Source: Octopus vulgaris
Lineage: Eukaryota
Assembly: GCA_951406725.2 (NCBI GenBank)
Contig: OX597819.1
Span: forward strand, 19,220,001-19,284,000
Length of the DNA stretch: 64,000 nt
Reading direction: 5' to 3'
Shown: piece by piece, positions 1-11,489 of the stretch
Layout: every line of letters begins with the position of its first letter
How positions within the stretch are numbered: the stretch's first letter is position 1
Notes under the pieces: generated by a model
What the model was told of the DNA's origin: nothing
The model's database searches: none
The model's input: only the letters and a program-made list of their open reading frames with translations
Program-made: the position numbers and the translations under genes

Positions 1-86
1 CAACAAAAATATACTAGAATTCAGATAGTCCCAACAGGTTTGCATACGGGAAATATTTGCCTAGTTCTCGATTATCATCCAACCAT

Positions 87-121
<35 letters not shown>

Positions 122-192
122 TATACATATAAATATATATATATATGTATATGTATATGTACATACATATATATAATATATATGTATGTATC

Positions 193-227
<35 letters not shown>

Positions 228-239
228 TCATATGATCCT

Positions 240-293
<54 letters not shown>

Positions 294-305
294 TCATATG
301 ATCCT

Positions 306-368
<63 letters not shown>

Positions 369-591
369 TGTATGTGTAACGTAATAGTTTAGGAAAAAGA
401 TATTGGTTTCATATGTAGCGTGAACTAGACGTCTCTTCGGTTTCTCTAAATGATAACCGTTTTTAAGCACAAGAACGCCGTGGTAGTATCCCTCTTAAAA
501 AACTTATGGCCGGGCGAGTTGTCTTCCTTCGCTTGATAAATATAAACAACAAGCAGGTGTAATAGTTTGATGCACGGGAAAACCAGAATAT

Positions 592-627
592 CTTTTACGT
601 TTCGAGCCTACGCTCTACAACAGAAAG
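592..627 (-). ncRNA. Degenerate minimal type I hammerhead ribozyme motif (Penelope pLTR-like)
   Basis: Minus strand reads cttt-CTGTTGT-a-gagc(gtag)gctc-GAAA-cg-TA-aaag. Stem I cttt/aaag, stem II gagc/gctc, palindromic stem III ACGT; core differs from CUGANGA at two positions. Confidence 0.55.
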
Positions 628-1074
628 GAAAACGAGGAAATAAAGAGAATGAAAAAAAAAACTTGCGGAGATTGCTGTCAATCATGGTAACTGGTTTGAC
701 AAAGGTAGTTAGACAGGGGAGCTAAGAAGAATGGGAGATAATGAAGTACTGGTGATCCTAAAACGAAGATGCTCGTGCATGTGTGTGTGAAGCGTGTGTG
801 TGTGTGTGTGTGTGCATGTGGACAGGGCTGGTTACCTTGACGTGTGGATGTGTGCATGTGTGTGTGCGTATGTAATGTCTGAGTGTGTGGGTGATGATGT
901 GGGTACTGTGAATTGGTCAGTGCTAGTGTGTGCGGAGTGGTGTGATATGGTGTAGTGGTGTGAGTTTGTGTGTTGTGTGGTGTGCTGGTGTGGCGGTGTT
1001 GGGGTGTATATATTATAGAAACACACACAAATGTAAAAAGTGAATATTTGGAACAAAAAGCAGCAATTTATCTG

Positions 1075-1450
1075 TCCCTGTAGTTGGCTACTGTGATCGT
1101 TGTTTGTTGGTCGACTCCATAACATGAATTTCGTTGAGGTTGTCTCCAACGAAATATTTGCATAACTTGGTGAGTAGGGGAGGACATAACGGCGTGCCTA
1201 ACGTATTGCAGGAGTGATTCCGTTATCAATAGCTCTCTGTTTTATGATGCACACAACATCCCTGGAATCGTACAACTTTCTCGTGCGTATAAGGCATTGA
1301 AGCATTTCGGAAGAACGACGAATAAATGCTGCTTATCAGAAACAAATGGAGATGCCGAGCGTTGTTGAGTTTATGTCATCTGTTTTATTGTGGTTACGTT
1401 TGAATAGTTTACACAACTGTTTGCATTAAGCACGGTGTATCCAGCATCCA
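1075..1450 (-). pseudogene. Decayed Penelope-like element RT C-terminus/linker
   Basis: 1260->1081 translates DVVCIIKQRAIDNGITPAIR*ARRYVLPYSPS...WSRPTNN, resembling the Penelope IK..A..NGY / LPY / RP.N motifs. A hammerhead motif lies downstream on the same strand. Confidence 0.5.
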
Positions 1451-1730
1451 CAGTTCAGTCACAAGATGTATGGCGACACTACAGAACCCTTCCCAAACAC
1501 ATTTGTTTTTTAAGAACATTGTAGAAAGAACCCAAAGACTACAAATGGAATAGTAGAAATATCAGGGTTGAAGGCACGTCTCTTCTAAATAGACTAAACC
1601 CACCAATAAGCTACGCATATGAATTACATGTATCTGTTTCTTTAGACAATAATACAAATATGAGCATAACATAAAATGTAAGCAACATATGTAAGCTTTT
1701 CACCATAGAATTTTGGTGAAATATATTATG

Positions 1731-1776
1731 TTTTCCAGTTTCAGCTCTTGAGCTGTGGCCATGCTGGGGCACCGCC
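1731..1776 (-). mobile_element. Retroelement 3' tail joined to the U2 copy
   Basis: Minus GGCGGTGCCCCAGCATGGCCACAGCTCAAGAGCTGAAACTGGAAAA aligns to the SINE tail GGCGGTGCTCCAGCATGGCCGCAGTCAAATGA(A/C)TGAAAC at about 2810-2850 and 60156-60195. Confidence 0.8.
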
Positions 1777-1788
1777 ATTGGTGGGAGA

Positions 1789-1973
1789 TGGGCTGAATCC
1801 TGGAAGTACTGCAATACCAGGCCAACCCGTGGCAAAGGCGGAGCAAGCCCCTAACTCTTCGCCTCGTTCCAAAAATCAGTTTAATATCGATGGTCCCAAA
1901 TAGGGACCGTATCAGATATTAAGCTGATAAGAACAGATACTACACTTTGATCTTAGCCAAAAGGCCGAGAAGC
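1789..1973 (-). ncRNA. U2: U2 spliceosomal snRNA, near full-length copy (probably a retro-pseudogene)
   Basis: Minus GCTTCTCGGCCTTTTGGCTAAGATCAAAGTGTAGTATCTGTTCTTATCAGCTTAATATCTGATACG... Branch-point motif GTAGTA, Sm site ATTTTTG and SLIV loop TATTGCAGTA are present; it ends in CAGCCCA. The 5' ATC is replaced by AAG. Confidence 0.97.
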
Positions 1974-2449
1974 CTTGAATTATTTAAATATAAACTAAAC
2001 ATGTAGAATGTGTTTATATTTTATTAAATGTCTGTTTTCACTAATTCAAATGAAATTATAATATACAGTCATTCTGAAATAATTTTAACACGCTTTTACA
2101 TGCGCACATATGCAGCAATACGAAAGGACACACACACATACACCCATACGCGCGCTCGTGTTAGTCTCGCCATTGTTTCGCACTTGTGCATTTTTCTTCC
2201 TTCATCGTTTCATCGCCATTTGTTTACGCTTCCAGTGTCGCTTCTTACATTCCAAAGTAGCAAGACTAGTTTCACGTGTGAAGAAATCCTTGAAGGACGG
2301 AAAACCCTAAAATCGATGTGAATGGACTTAGGAACTTCAGTATTCTAACCAAACTGCAAGCCATTCGTTCAAAGCTATGAAATCTCTTACATAAAAATAA
2401 TAATTACAACGCAGCCATGCTTTCAATAAAAGTACTGACACATACCATA

Positions 2450-2868
2450 GGCACGGGAGTGGCTGTGTGGTAAGAAGCATGCTTACCAACCACATGGTTC
2501 CGGGTTCAGTCCCACTGCGTGGCACTTTGGGCATGTGTCTTCTACTATAGCCTCGGGCCGACGAAAGCCTTGTGAGTGGATTTAGTAGACGGAAAATGGA
2601 AGAAGCCAGTCGTATATATGTATAAATATATATGTATGTGTGTGTGTGTTTGTGTTTCTGTGTTTGCCCCCCCCCCCCCGCTAACATCGCTTGACAACCA
2701 GTGCTGGTGTGTTTATGTCCCTGTAACTTAGCAGTTCGGCAAAAGAGACCGATAGAATAAGTACCAGGCTTACAAAGAATATGTTCTGGGGTCGATTCGG
2801 TCGAATAAAGGCGGTGCTCCAGCATGGCCGCAGTCAAATGAATGAAACAAGTTAAAGAGTAAAGAGAG
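2450..2868 (+). mobile_element. tRNA-derived SINE, local family A, full length
   Basis: A-box-like TGGCTGTGTGG, B-box-like GGTTCAGTCCC, internal TA/TG tract, tail ...CAGCATGGCC...AAAGAG; further copies in the window. Confidence 0.9.
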
Positions 2869-3351
2869 AGTATACTATGCCATTCATCTCTCTCCACCTC
2901 TCTCTCGCTCTATCTATCTATCTATCTATATATCTATGTATCTATATATTTCTCTCTACTGTGTATACACATATGTCTCTGTTCCTACGTGCTTCTGAGT
3001 GCATTCGTGTGTATGACTGCATATGTTCAGGTATATATGCCTAAGTGTCTACTTGTTTTTAGCTATGGAATATGTGCACATTTGTCCGTCTTGATATGCA
3101 GATATACGTTAAATGATACAGAAGAAAGATAAACAGAAAGAGAAGCAGTGAGAGGAATGGAGAGAAAGAGGAAGTGAGAGGTAGATAAAAGAGTAACTGT
3201 GAATATTTATCCATCCCACGTATAGCTACATATGAACACCGAAGACATAGCGTTCTTTGTTAGCTATACAAATTCCCATTTGAAGCGTTTGTCTCTACTA
3301 TACATTCTTATACATTACACACGCGTGTTCACGCCCACCCACACTAATCTG

Positions 3352-3429
<78 letters not shown>

Positions 3430-3497
3430 AATCAATCTATCTATCTATCTATTTATCTATCTATCTGTCTATATATTTGTTCGCGTGTCTGTCGCTC

Positions 3498-3597
<100 letters not shown>

Positions 3598-4376
3598 TGT
3601 ATGTATGTGTGTGTGTGTGAACGTGCGCGTGTGTGAAATCAAGCACGCGTACACCAAATTTCGCAACTATATAATCACATACACACATACACACGTATAC
3701 ACTATCATAAACTCTGAAATCTACACAGAAATCAGCCGTTGTGAAGATCTTTCGCTAAAACCCACCAGAAATCTTCCATTGCCAATCTGGCTTCCGAGAT
3801 GTACCGGAAATCTATGGAAGCCAAAACTAATGTATTCGCTGTCACTGCTCATTCTTCAGTAATAGAAACGCTGTTAAAAGGAACTGGCGAACAGTTGTTA
3901 ATGGGCAGACATAGGTGGCAGCACTTTTGAAATGGCGGCTGCTGTTAACACAGTTATCAATATTACCATTAACGCTGTGTATTCACTTCAAAATTCTTGG
4001 TTCCAGCATTTTCTTTTCTACTGCTGACTTGCTTCATGTATTGTCACACACGCACGCACACGTACACCCACCCACCCACACACACACATAAATATCTATA
4101 TTTATATATATATTCGTTCTCTTTCTTCGTCAGTTTCTTATTCTTCCTCTCTCCTGTATCAATCACTTCACAGCCCCACCCCAACTCCCTACCTGTTATT
4201 CTATTTCCTTTACAGTCATTCGTCTTGAAAGCAACGCCCCACACCCTTCACACAATTGATGCCGTACTATATTTAGCAGCATCATTATATTATACTGTAT
4301 TATATCATTATATACTATGATATCAGCTTCATTATATCTTTACTTTACTTTGTCTCTATATTTTTGTAATCAAGAG

Positions 4377-4693
4377 TCTTTATATATATAGGAAGCTGAA
4401 GTTCTCTGTGTATAACAGGTTTGGTAGCCTTCAACTAAGACTATCTCCTCCGAGACCATGCGGCATAAGTTGACCAAAATTGAGAGTATGATAGAAGAAG
4501 GCTTGCTCTTCATTTCGAAGGAGAGAAAATTCAAATCGGACCATGTTAAGACCGAAAATTATTTACATCAAAATGGTGCTTTTTTTCTATGAAAATCCCT
4601 ATTTTTTACGATTTTTTACTGATGTGTCGCAATTTTTCAGTGCGTTTCAACCAGAAAAATGTTCACTTAAAGAGAGAAACAATGCAAAATTTT

Positions 4694-4697
<4 letters not shown>
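4377..4697 (+). mobile_element. Non-autonomous Helitron, family H1, 3'-truncated
   Basis: Colinear with 17206-17575 from the TC/TATATA start; breaks off into (TA)n. Confidence 0.75.
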
Positions 4698-4742
<45 letters not shown>

Positions 4743-4779
4743 TATTTATATTTATATATATATATATATATATATGTAA

Positions 4780-4837
<58 letters not shown>

Positions 4838-4958
4838 GTATATATATATGTAGATATATATATATATACATATATATATACTTATATATATACATATATA
4901 CATACATATATATATATATATACAAATATTTGTTGAATTTCTGTTGCTTTTAAATAAA

Positions 4959-4997
<39 letters not shown>

Positions 4998-4998
<1 letters not shown>

Positions 4999-5228
4999 TA
5001 GCATTATAGCTCAGAGTTGCTCGGAATTGTTTCGACCCTTTAGAATTGGAATTTTTGAAAAATTAAATTTTGCATTGTTATTCTCTTTAAGTGAACCATT
5101 TTCTGGTTGAAATGCACCGAAAAAGTGCGACACAACAGTCAAAAAATCGTAAAAAATAGGGATTTTCATAGAAAAAAAGCACCATTTTGATGTAAATAAT
5201 TTTCGTTCATAACATGGTTCGATTTGAA
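4998..5228 (-). mobile_element. Helitron H1 3' half, inverted
   Basis: CTAG end at 4998-5001 with degenerate subterminal hairpin; reverse complement matches about 17333-17575. Confidence 0.8.
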
Positions 5229-5229
5229 T

Positions 5230-5262
<33 letters not shown>

Positions 5263-5294
5263 AATATATATATATATATGTATATATATATATG

Positions 5295-5362
<68 letters not shown>

Positions 5363-5363
<1 letters not shown>

Positions 5364-5527
5364 TTTATTTTAAGCAGCAGAAAATTCAACAAAATCTGTT
5401 ACTCTGAGTTTCTCGTTGCCGTTCATCAGACAGTTTTTGCTAGAATCTAGCAAAAACTGTCTGATGAACGGCAACGAGAAACTCAGAGTAACAGATTTTG
5501 TTGAATTTTCTGCTGCTTAAAATAAAG
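5363..5527. repeat. Perfect palindrome, 82-bp arms, 1-nt spacer at 5445
   Basis: 5363-5444 is the exact reverse complement of 5446-5527. Confidence 0.95.
5457..5494 (+). ncRNA. Type I hammerhead ribozyme motif (mirror copy at 5396-5433, minus)
   Basis: ctgt-CTGATGA-a cg(gcaa)cg a-GAAA-ctc(a)gag-TA-acag. Intact core, GUA site, weak stem II with an A.A mismatch; AATAAA follows at 5521. Confidence 0.75.
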
Positions 5528-5596
5528 CATATTACTCTAACACTGGTATTTGAGTACTCTTTTTTCCACCTTGTTTCACATTTATGTGTTTATTCC

Positions 5597-5665
<69 letters not shown>

Positions 5666-5778
5666 AAGAGCATTGTAGAAAATGAAGGCGAGTATATTTT
5701 AAATTGAAAAGAACTTTGCTTATGTTAATTTTGAAAAAAATAAATAATAATAACATCCGCATTATATATATATATATA

Positions 5779-5822
<44 letters not shown>

Positions 5823-5890
5823 TTACTGGCAAGACAACAAAAGAATAATATGCATGTGTTTAGACAATGACTGTCTGCGTGTGTTTGTGA

Positions 5891-5930
<40 letters not shown>

Positions 5931-6711
5931 CGTATGTGCACACGACGATAAAAAATCTTTGAATTCCTGGAATTGTACGTAAATGAACATTCACCCAACA
6001 AAGCCAGCATCCGCGGATTAGTTGCTGAGTTATTGCTCCCACTTTTTAAACGTAAGGACACCGGAAATGTGTCAAGGCTGACAGGAAGCGATACTTCCTA
6101 ATGGGCTAAATATCAGTAGTATTCTTCCCTTTCATGGGACTGTCACATTAAATTGACAACATACTATAACTTTATCTTGTTACTACTGTATACATTTCTC
6201 TGAGAGATTTAAAAATGTAGCAAATTCTTGTAGCAAATTCTTGTAGTAAAGCTGTATTGATTTTTCGGAACGTTTGACTCCCAAACTTCTCTTACAGAGA
6301 ATTGGTTACCTTGGTCAACACTCTGTAAATTAGCGAAATACAGAATCTACACAAACAATTAGAGAGAACACTAGGTGTTTGTAAATTCGGTTAAATTAAA
6401 GGAGGATTATAAGACGTTCCGGACACTCATTTTCCGGAAAGCGTTGTGGTACCCGCATTAATATGGCGGAGTGGTGAACATAAGAATTATGTATTTACTG
6501 ACAGCATTTCACGTCCTCAGTTAATCTTACAAATCCCAGTTCAGTATTCACTTCCGTTCTTCCTGCATCGTTAAATATATGGAGGTGAGCGTAATCGATG
6601 GATTCCTATTGAAGAATTTCTACTCTTTCTTCGTGTGGGAGTAAATAAGAGAGAGAAAGAGAGAGAGAGAGTGAGAGAGAGAGTGAGGGAGAGAGAGTGA
6701 GATAAGGAAGA

Positions 6712-6880
6712 GAGCGTTAAGAAAATATGCAGCCTTGGTGTTTCTTCCGTTTTCTACGTTCTGAGCCCAAATCCCATCGAATCTTAACATTACCTTTCAT
6801 TCTTTTAGGTTCGATGAAATATAATCAAGTAATGAACGTCGATTTAATCGATCTACCCTCTCACCTCAATTTTATTCCCT
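6712..6880 (+). mobile_element. Decayed SINE, family B
   Basis: tacgttctgagcccaaatccc...cctttcattctttt...gtcgatttaatcga similar to 45271-45501. Confidence 0.55.
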
Positions 6881-7039
6881 CGAAAACGATTGGGATTAAT
6901 TACTTTAACGTGTATAGTTTTACGGTGATTGCGCTGGTGATAATTTTCAACCCATGTAATTTTTCATTACAGCTTCTAATTAGATAAATCTTTTTAATAT
7001 CAAAAGCAATAAAAAAAAAACAAAAGAAACAAACAATAG

Positions 7040-7255
7040 TAATCATATTTGAAGCTAAATGCCAGCGACTTCAATGTTAGTGGTTTAGACGATGACATCA
7101 AGCCTGTTGGTGCGCTGGGGGATGGTTTTATCCACCTCGGTGGGAAAAGAGCGACCTTGACTTCAGCGGGATGAGAACAGAGAACAAAAATAGCATGAAA
7201 GAAACGAAACAGAGTATATTTTGCAATTGTCAAACTTTTCTGCCACTCTACTGCT
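7040..7255 (-). mobile_element. Decayed SINE, family B
   Basis: Degenerate match to the family B core and head. Confidence 0.45.
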
Positions 7256-7279
7256 ACAGCAATAACAATAGCCTTAATA

Positions 7280-7311
7280 ATGATGATGTTGTTGATGACG
7301 ATATTGATGAC

Positions 7312-7379
<68 letters not shown>

Positions 7380-7564
7380 CGATGACGATGATGACGATGA
7401 CGATGATGGTGATGATGATGATGATGATGACGACGATGATGATGACGATGATGATGATGATGATGATGACGATGATGATGATGATGATGATGACGATGAT
7501 GATGACGATGATGATGATGATGACGATGATGATGATGATGGTGATGATGATGATGATGATGATG

Positions 7565-7621
<57 letters not shown>

Positions 7622-7625
7622 TTAC

Positions 7626-7680
<55 letters not shown>
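7280..7680. repeat. Compound microsatellite (GAT/GAC)n-(AAT)n-(ATT)n
   Basis: Read directly; source of the poly-D/poly-N ORFs. Confidence 0.97.
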
Positions 7681-7717
7681 AAACAATAGCAGTAATAATA
7701 TCAACAATAATAAATGT

Positions 7718-8268
7718 CCTGATGCAGTACAATATCCAGCATTGACTCTCAAGGCTTCTGATCTTAACTAAATGGAAGTGTTACCATGTACACTGTTTTG
7801 ACTTGGTTTAAAAGATGGGTTACAGCAATTATTATGCTCAATACCGCAGACTTGCTCGTCAGTTGCTTGACCTTAACCTGTTGACCATGTCTTTTCGTGG
7901 CTGTAATTACGAGTAGAATTAATAGAGAAGTATCATAGGTATGTGCTGAGAGTAGTTGTCTGGGGTTTGAATAATTCACCCATAGAAACATCGGTGTTTT
8001 GTTCAACAATGTTAAACAGCCCTTATTCAGGGACCTTTTGAGCGGCATGGGCTGCACGATCTGAAGAAAATTCTAACTGTTCCTCCTGCTGATCATGCCC
8101 TGTCTACCTTGATATAATATCACCATGTCGCGCAGATATTGTTGTGATGCATGTGTCATGTGTACCCTTATCAGACGGGTAGTCATGATGGGTATACTGG
8201 GTTTCGTATGTTTTACCCCAATGTCACTTTGATGGCATGCGCTGCTTTCTCACTCAATAATAATAAAA
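7718..8268 (+). mobile_element. Unclassified interspersed repeat with (TAA) tail
   Basis: Bounded by TAA repeats; internal 7994-8156 recurs at 16295-16457. Confidence 0.6.
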
Positions 8269-8269
8269 A

Positions 8270-8465
8270 TCTTTCCGCGATAGACACAAGGCCTGAAAAT
8301 TAAATGTAGAGGACAGTTGATTACATCGATCTCAGGGCGTAACTAGAACTTAGCACATACAGCCCGAAAGGATGAAAGGCAAAGTTAAGCTGGGCGGAGC
8401 CTAAGGACGGACGAAATGCCGCTAAGCATATTGCCCGGCTTGTTAACGATTATGTCACTCGCCTC
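8270..8465 (-). mobile_element. SINE, family B
   Basis: cccgaaaggatgaaaggcaaagtt...gacgaaatgccgctaagcat matches 45271-45501. Confidence 0.75.
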
Positions 8466-9259
8466 TGGATGAAGATGATGACGATCAATATGATAATGAA
8501 GATGATGATGAATGATGACGACGACGACGATGATGATGGTGATGATGATGATGATGTTGGTGGCGGTGTTGGTAGTGGTGGTGGTGGTGGTGATGTTCAT
8601 AGTTTGTTTCTTTCGCACGACCCTGCAGTACAATATCGGAATACTACTGATAGGGGATAAAACATCAGAAATTCCTATGTTAGTTTCGCGCAAACTGCTT
8701 GATTTACTTACATACGACACGATTCCTGTTTACCGTTTTAGAATGAGGAATAATTACACCTGGAGCGATGGATTTTCCTGCATTCTAATTAACGCAGAAT
8801 CCTTCAATTAAATTTGACGTATCAAACTGCCGGAAACAGCAATTAGCAATAATCTATATTGGTTGTTTACAACAGCGACACGAATCCACATCATTTCTCC
8901 AACAACTCGAGCGAAATACATTGGTAAATTCATTAGAAATATAATTTCATGATTAAGACTGTCCTAAAAATATGTTTCGTTGAAGAGAATTTATTTTGAC
9001 ATCTCTTACAAATTTTAGAACAGAATCCTGTACTTAATAGTTTTGAAACAAACACCGGAACTCACACACATTCACAGACGTATTCACGCTCGTAGAAGCA
9101 CGGACAACACTAACATATACGGACAAGCACACACACACACACACACAAACAAGCACAAACATATATACACACATACGCGCGCACACACATACATACACGC
9201 ACGCACAATCAAGTATTAAAGTATAGATATAAACATACAAACGCTTGGTTCTCTCTGGT

Positions 9260-9531
9260 TCTCCGTCGTCTACGACAAATGTTCCTCGTGTTCTGACCAA
9301 TGGAACAAACTGCTCGTGAACTTGACATGCGAATGGCTGACGGAACATAGTCCTCAGAATGGGACAAGGCTAGCTTTTTCAAATAGAAGTACTATTCATT
9401 TTTGCTAGAGGAGTGCACACAACGAAAACTAATGTGTCTTGCTCAAGGACACAGTGAGCTGCCAGGAATTGAACTCACGCCTTTACAACCGTGATCCGAA
9501 AACAAGAAGCGCTAAGTCACGCGACTTCACT
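9260..9531 (-). mobile_element. Decayed tRNA-SINE with CORE-like segment and the tail seen at 57680
   Basis: tgtgtcttgctcaaggacaca, B-box ggaattgaactc, tail ctccgtcg...tgctcgtgaa. Confidence 0.6.
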
Positions 9532-10050
9532 TGTGTTTCTATCTCCGCATCTCTGGAAACATAGATGTTTCGTTGAACATCCTTAAATGACCCTTGTGTT
9601 TATATCAACACACACTTATACCAAAACACGCACACACGCGCACACACAGACACCCACTCACACACACAATTACACACACACATCATCATCATCTGGTATT
9701 GGCAAGCACGATTGTTTCCTCGTGTTTTGGGCATTCCTCTTGCTTATGTTTTACCCAAATATGCATCTGCAATAGCGAACGAAGGGAATGGTCTGAAGTC
9801 GGATTCTGAAAAAAATGCTTTCTTCTAAGTTAACTTCTTCGTTATTTCAATGAAATTCACTAACTACAAGTAGGTTTTGTTTATCGATTACAAATACATC
9901 ACACGCATTAGTAATCGATAACCGAGTTCCTATTAGAACAGCTTGACTATATCACGGGTGTATATAATCAATATGTAGAGAGTAGCTTTTGTTTTAATTC
10001 ATCACCTCTGATTGTAATCATAGGTCCCTTACTATTAGAGACTCGTTATA

Positions 10051-10210
10051 TTAGTTTCAAATTTTTGGCGCAAGGCCAGCAATTTCACAAAAGGACTCAG
10101 GCAATTACATCGACCCCCAGTGCTGGATCAGTAATTACTTTATTGATCCCGAAAGAATGAAACGCAAGCATTTTCCCGGGGACGGTAACGAGTCTGCTAT
10201 CCACCACCCT
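10051..10210 (-). mobile_element. SINE, family B, internally deleted
   Basis: attacatcgacccccagtgct...cccgaaagaatgaaa. Confidence 0.6.
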
Positions 10211-10707
10211 AAGAGCTCCGTATATTGATATATCTTTTCTGTATGAAATATGAATACTTTATTACTGATGACGTAAACTAGCTAATCCACTGACGAAATG
10301 CATTATCTTGTAGCGTATACATACAATTACTCCCTCTGGTGTTGTCTTTCTTTTATAATCACAGGATTGTTGAAGCAGATAATTTGTAAAATGTACATGC
10401 TTGTCTGATGACCCTTTCTTTCCCAAAACAAGCAAGTTAAAGTTCCTAAATGTCACCAGCAACAAGTATATAAATCTAATGACCATCTTTAGACTTTCCA
10501 CTTGAATCTTCTATAAACACATATCTTTAAATACTGGACTGAACTCTGCAATTTAACCTTCTCATTCCCGAAAGCAAACGGTTAATTATCCATCAGCTTC
10601 TAAAAAGAACGAACAGAAACAAAACCTAGCAACACATCTGCTGACGAACGAATCTTTTCACCTCCCTACATTCTTCTGTGAATCCTTAATAACCCCCAGA
10701 ACAGAAG

Positions 10708-10742
<35 letters not shown>

Positions 10743-10898
10743 GATCACTAAGTTTTCTACACATGACTGGGTCCATATTGATAAACAACCCCGAAACTAA
10801 TCAATACAAATCATTCATATTTCGTTTCCATCACAACCTAAACATTATTCAAGTGTTCGTCCCGGATAATTTTAATCTTAGGTTTATCGCAAATGTAC

Positions 10899-10945
10899 GA
10901 TAGTTCGAGGATGGCTCAGAAGGCCGAAACTTCGAAGTCATTATC
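10899..10945 (+). ncRNA. Type I hammerhead ribozyme motif, core mutated
   Basis: gatagt-TCGAGGA-t-ggct(cagaa)ggcc-GAAA-cttcgaag-TC-attatc. Six-bp stem I, palindromic stem III, GUC site; core has TC in place of CT. Confidence 0.65.
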
Positions 10946-11452
10946 ATCAGTTTTTTTTTTATGGAATAAAAAAAAAATATTTACCTTACAAAGAAGGAGT
11001 GAGGCATCATCCAGATTGATAGAAGTTTGTTTTTATTATAATTTAACATTAAAAAAACACACATTTACATATACTAGCTCGATAGATGAGTAGAAACGCA
11101 GACCGATAGATAGATAGATAGATGTTTATTATAGATAGAATAATAGATAGATAGATACATATATACATGTTGGCTGCCCCATCGTTATCGAGTATGGCCA
11201 TTGCACGAAGCTTAACTGTTATTGGTGCTGTGATCGAATGTGAATTTTTATATACATACACGCATATATAGATACATATACTTATAGGACAGATAGACAG
11301 ACTGACAGATAGATATATACATGCGTAAATAGAAAGAGAGAGAGAGAGACAGAGAGAGAGAAGAAAGCGAGAGAGAGACAGAGAGAGAGAGAGGCAAACA
11401 GAGAGATAAACAGATACGCAGACAGTAATGTATGTGTGTCTTTGAGCGAATG

Positions 11453-11489
<37 letters not shown>

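Larger units (their letters stand above)
4698..5820. repeat. (TA)n microsatellite field with embedded elements
   Basis: Several long TA tracts interleaved with Helitron and palindrome segments. Confidence 0.95.

Noticed and set aside
1789-1973. Utopia/Keno insertion into U2
   Set aside because: U2 is uninterrupted; the foreign sequence begins only after its 3' end.
7171-7689. Poly-Asp/Asn ORF resembling an acidic biomineral protein
   Set aside because: It starts inside a decayed SINE and is only a (GAT)n(AAT)n tract with no signal peptide.
10261-10306. CTGATGA...GAAA-tgca-TT hammerhead candidate
   Set aside because: Core and palindromic stem III are present, but stem I does not pair and stem II is only about 2 bp.
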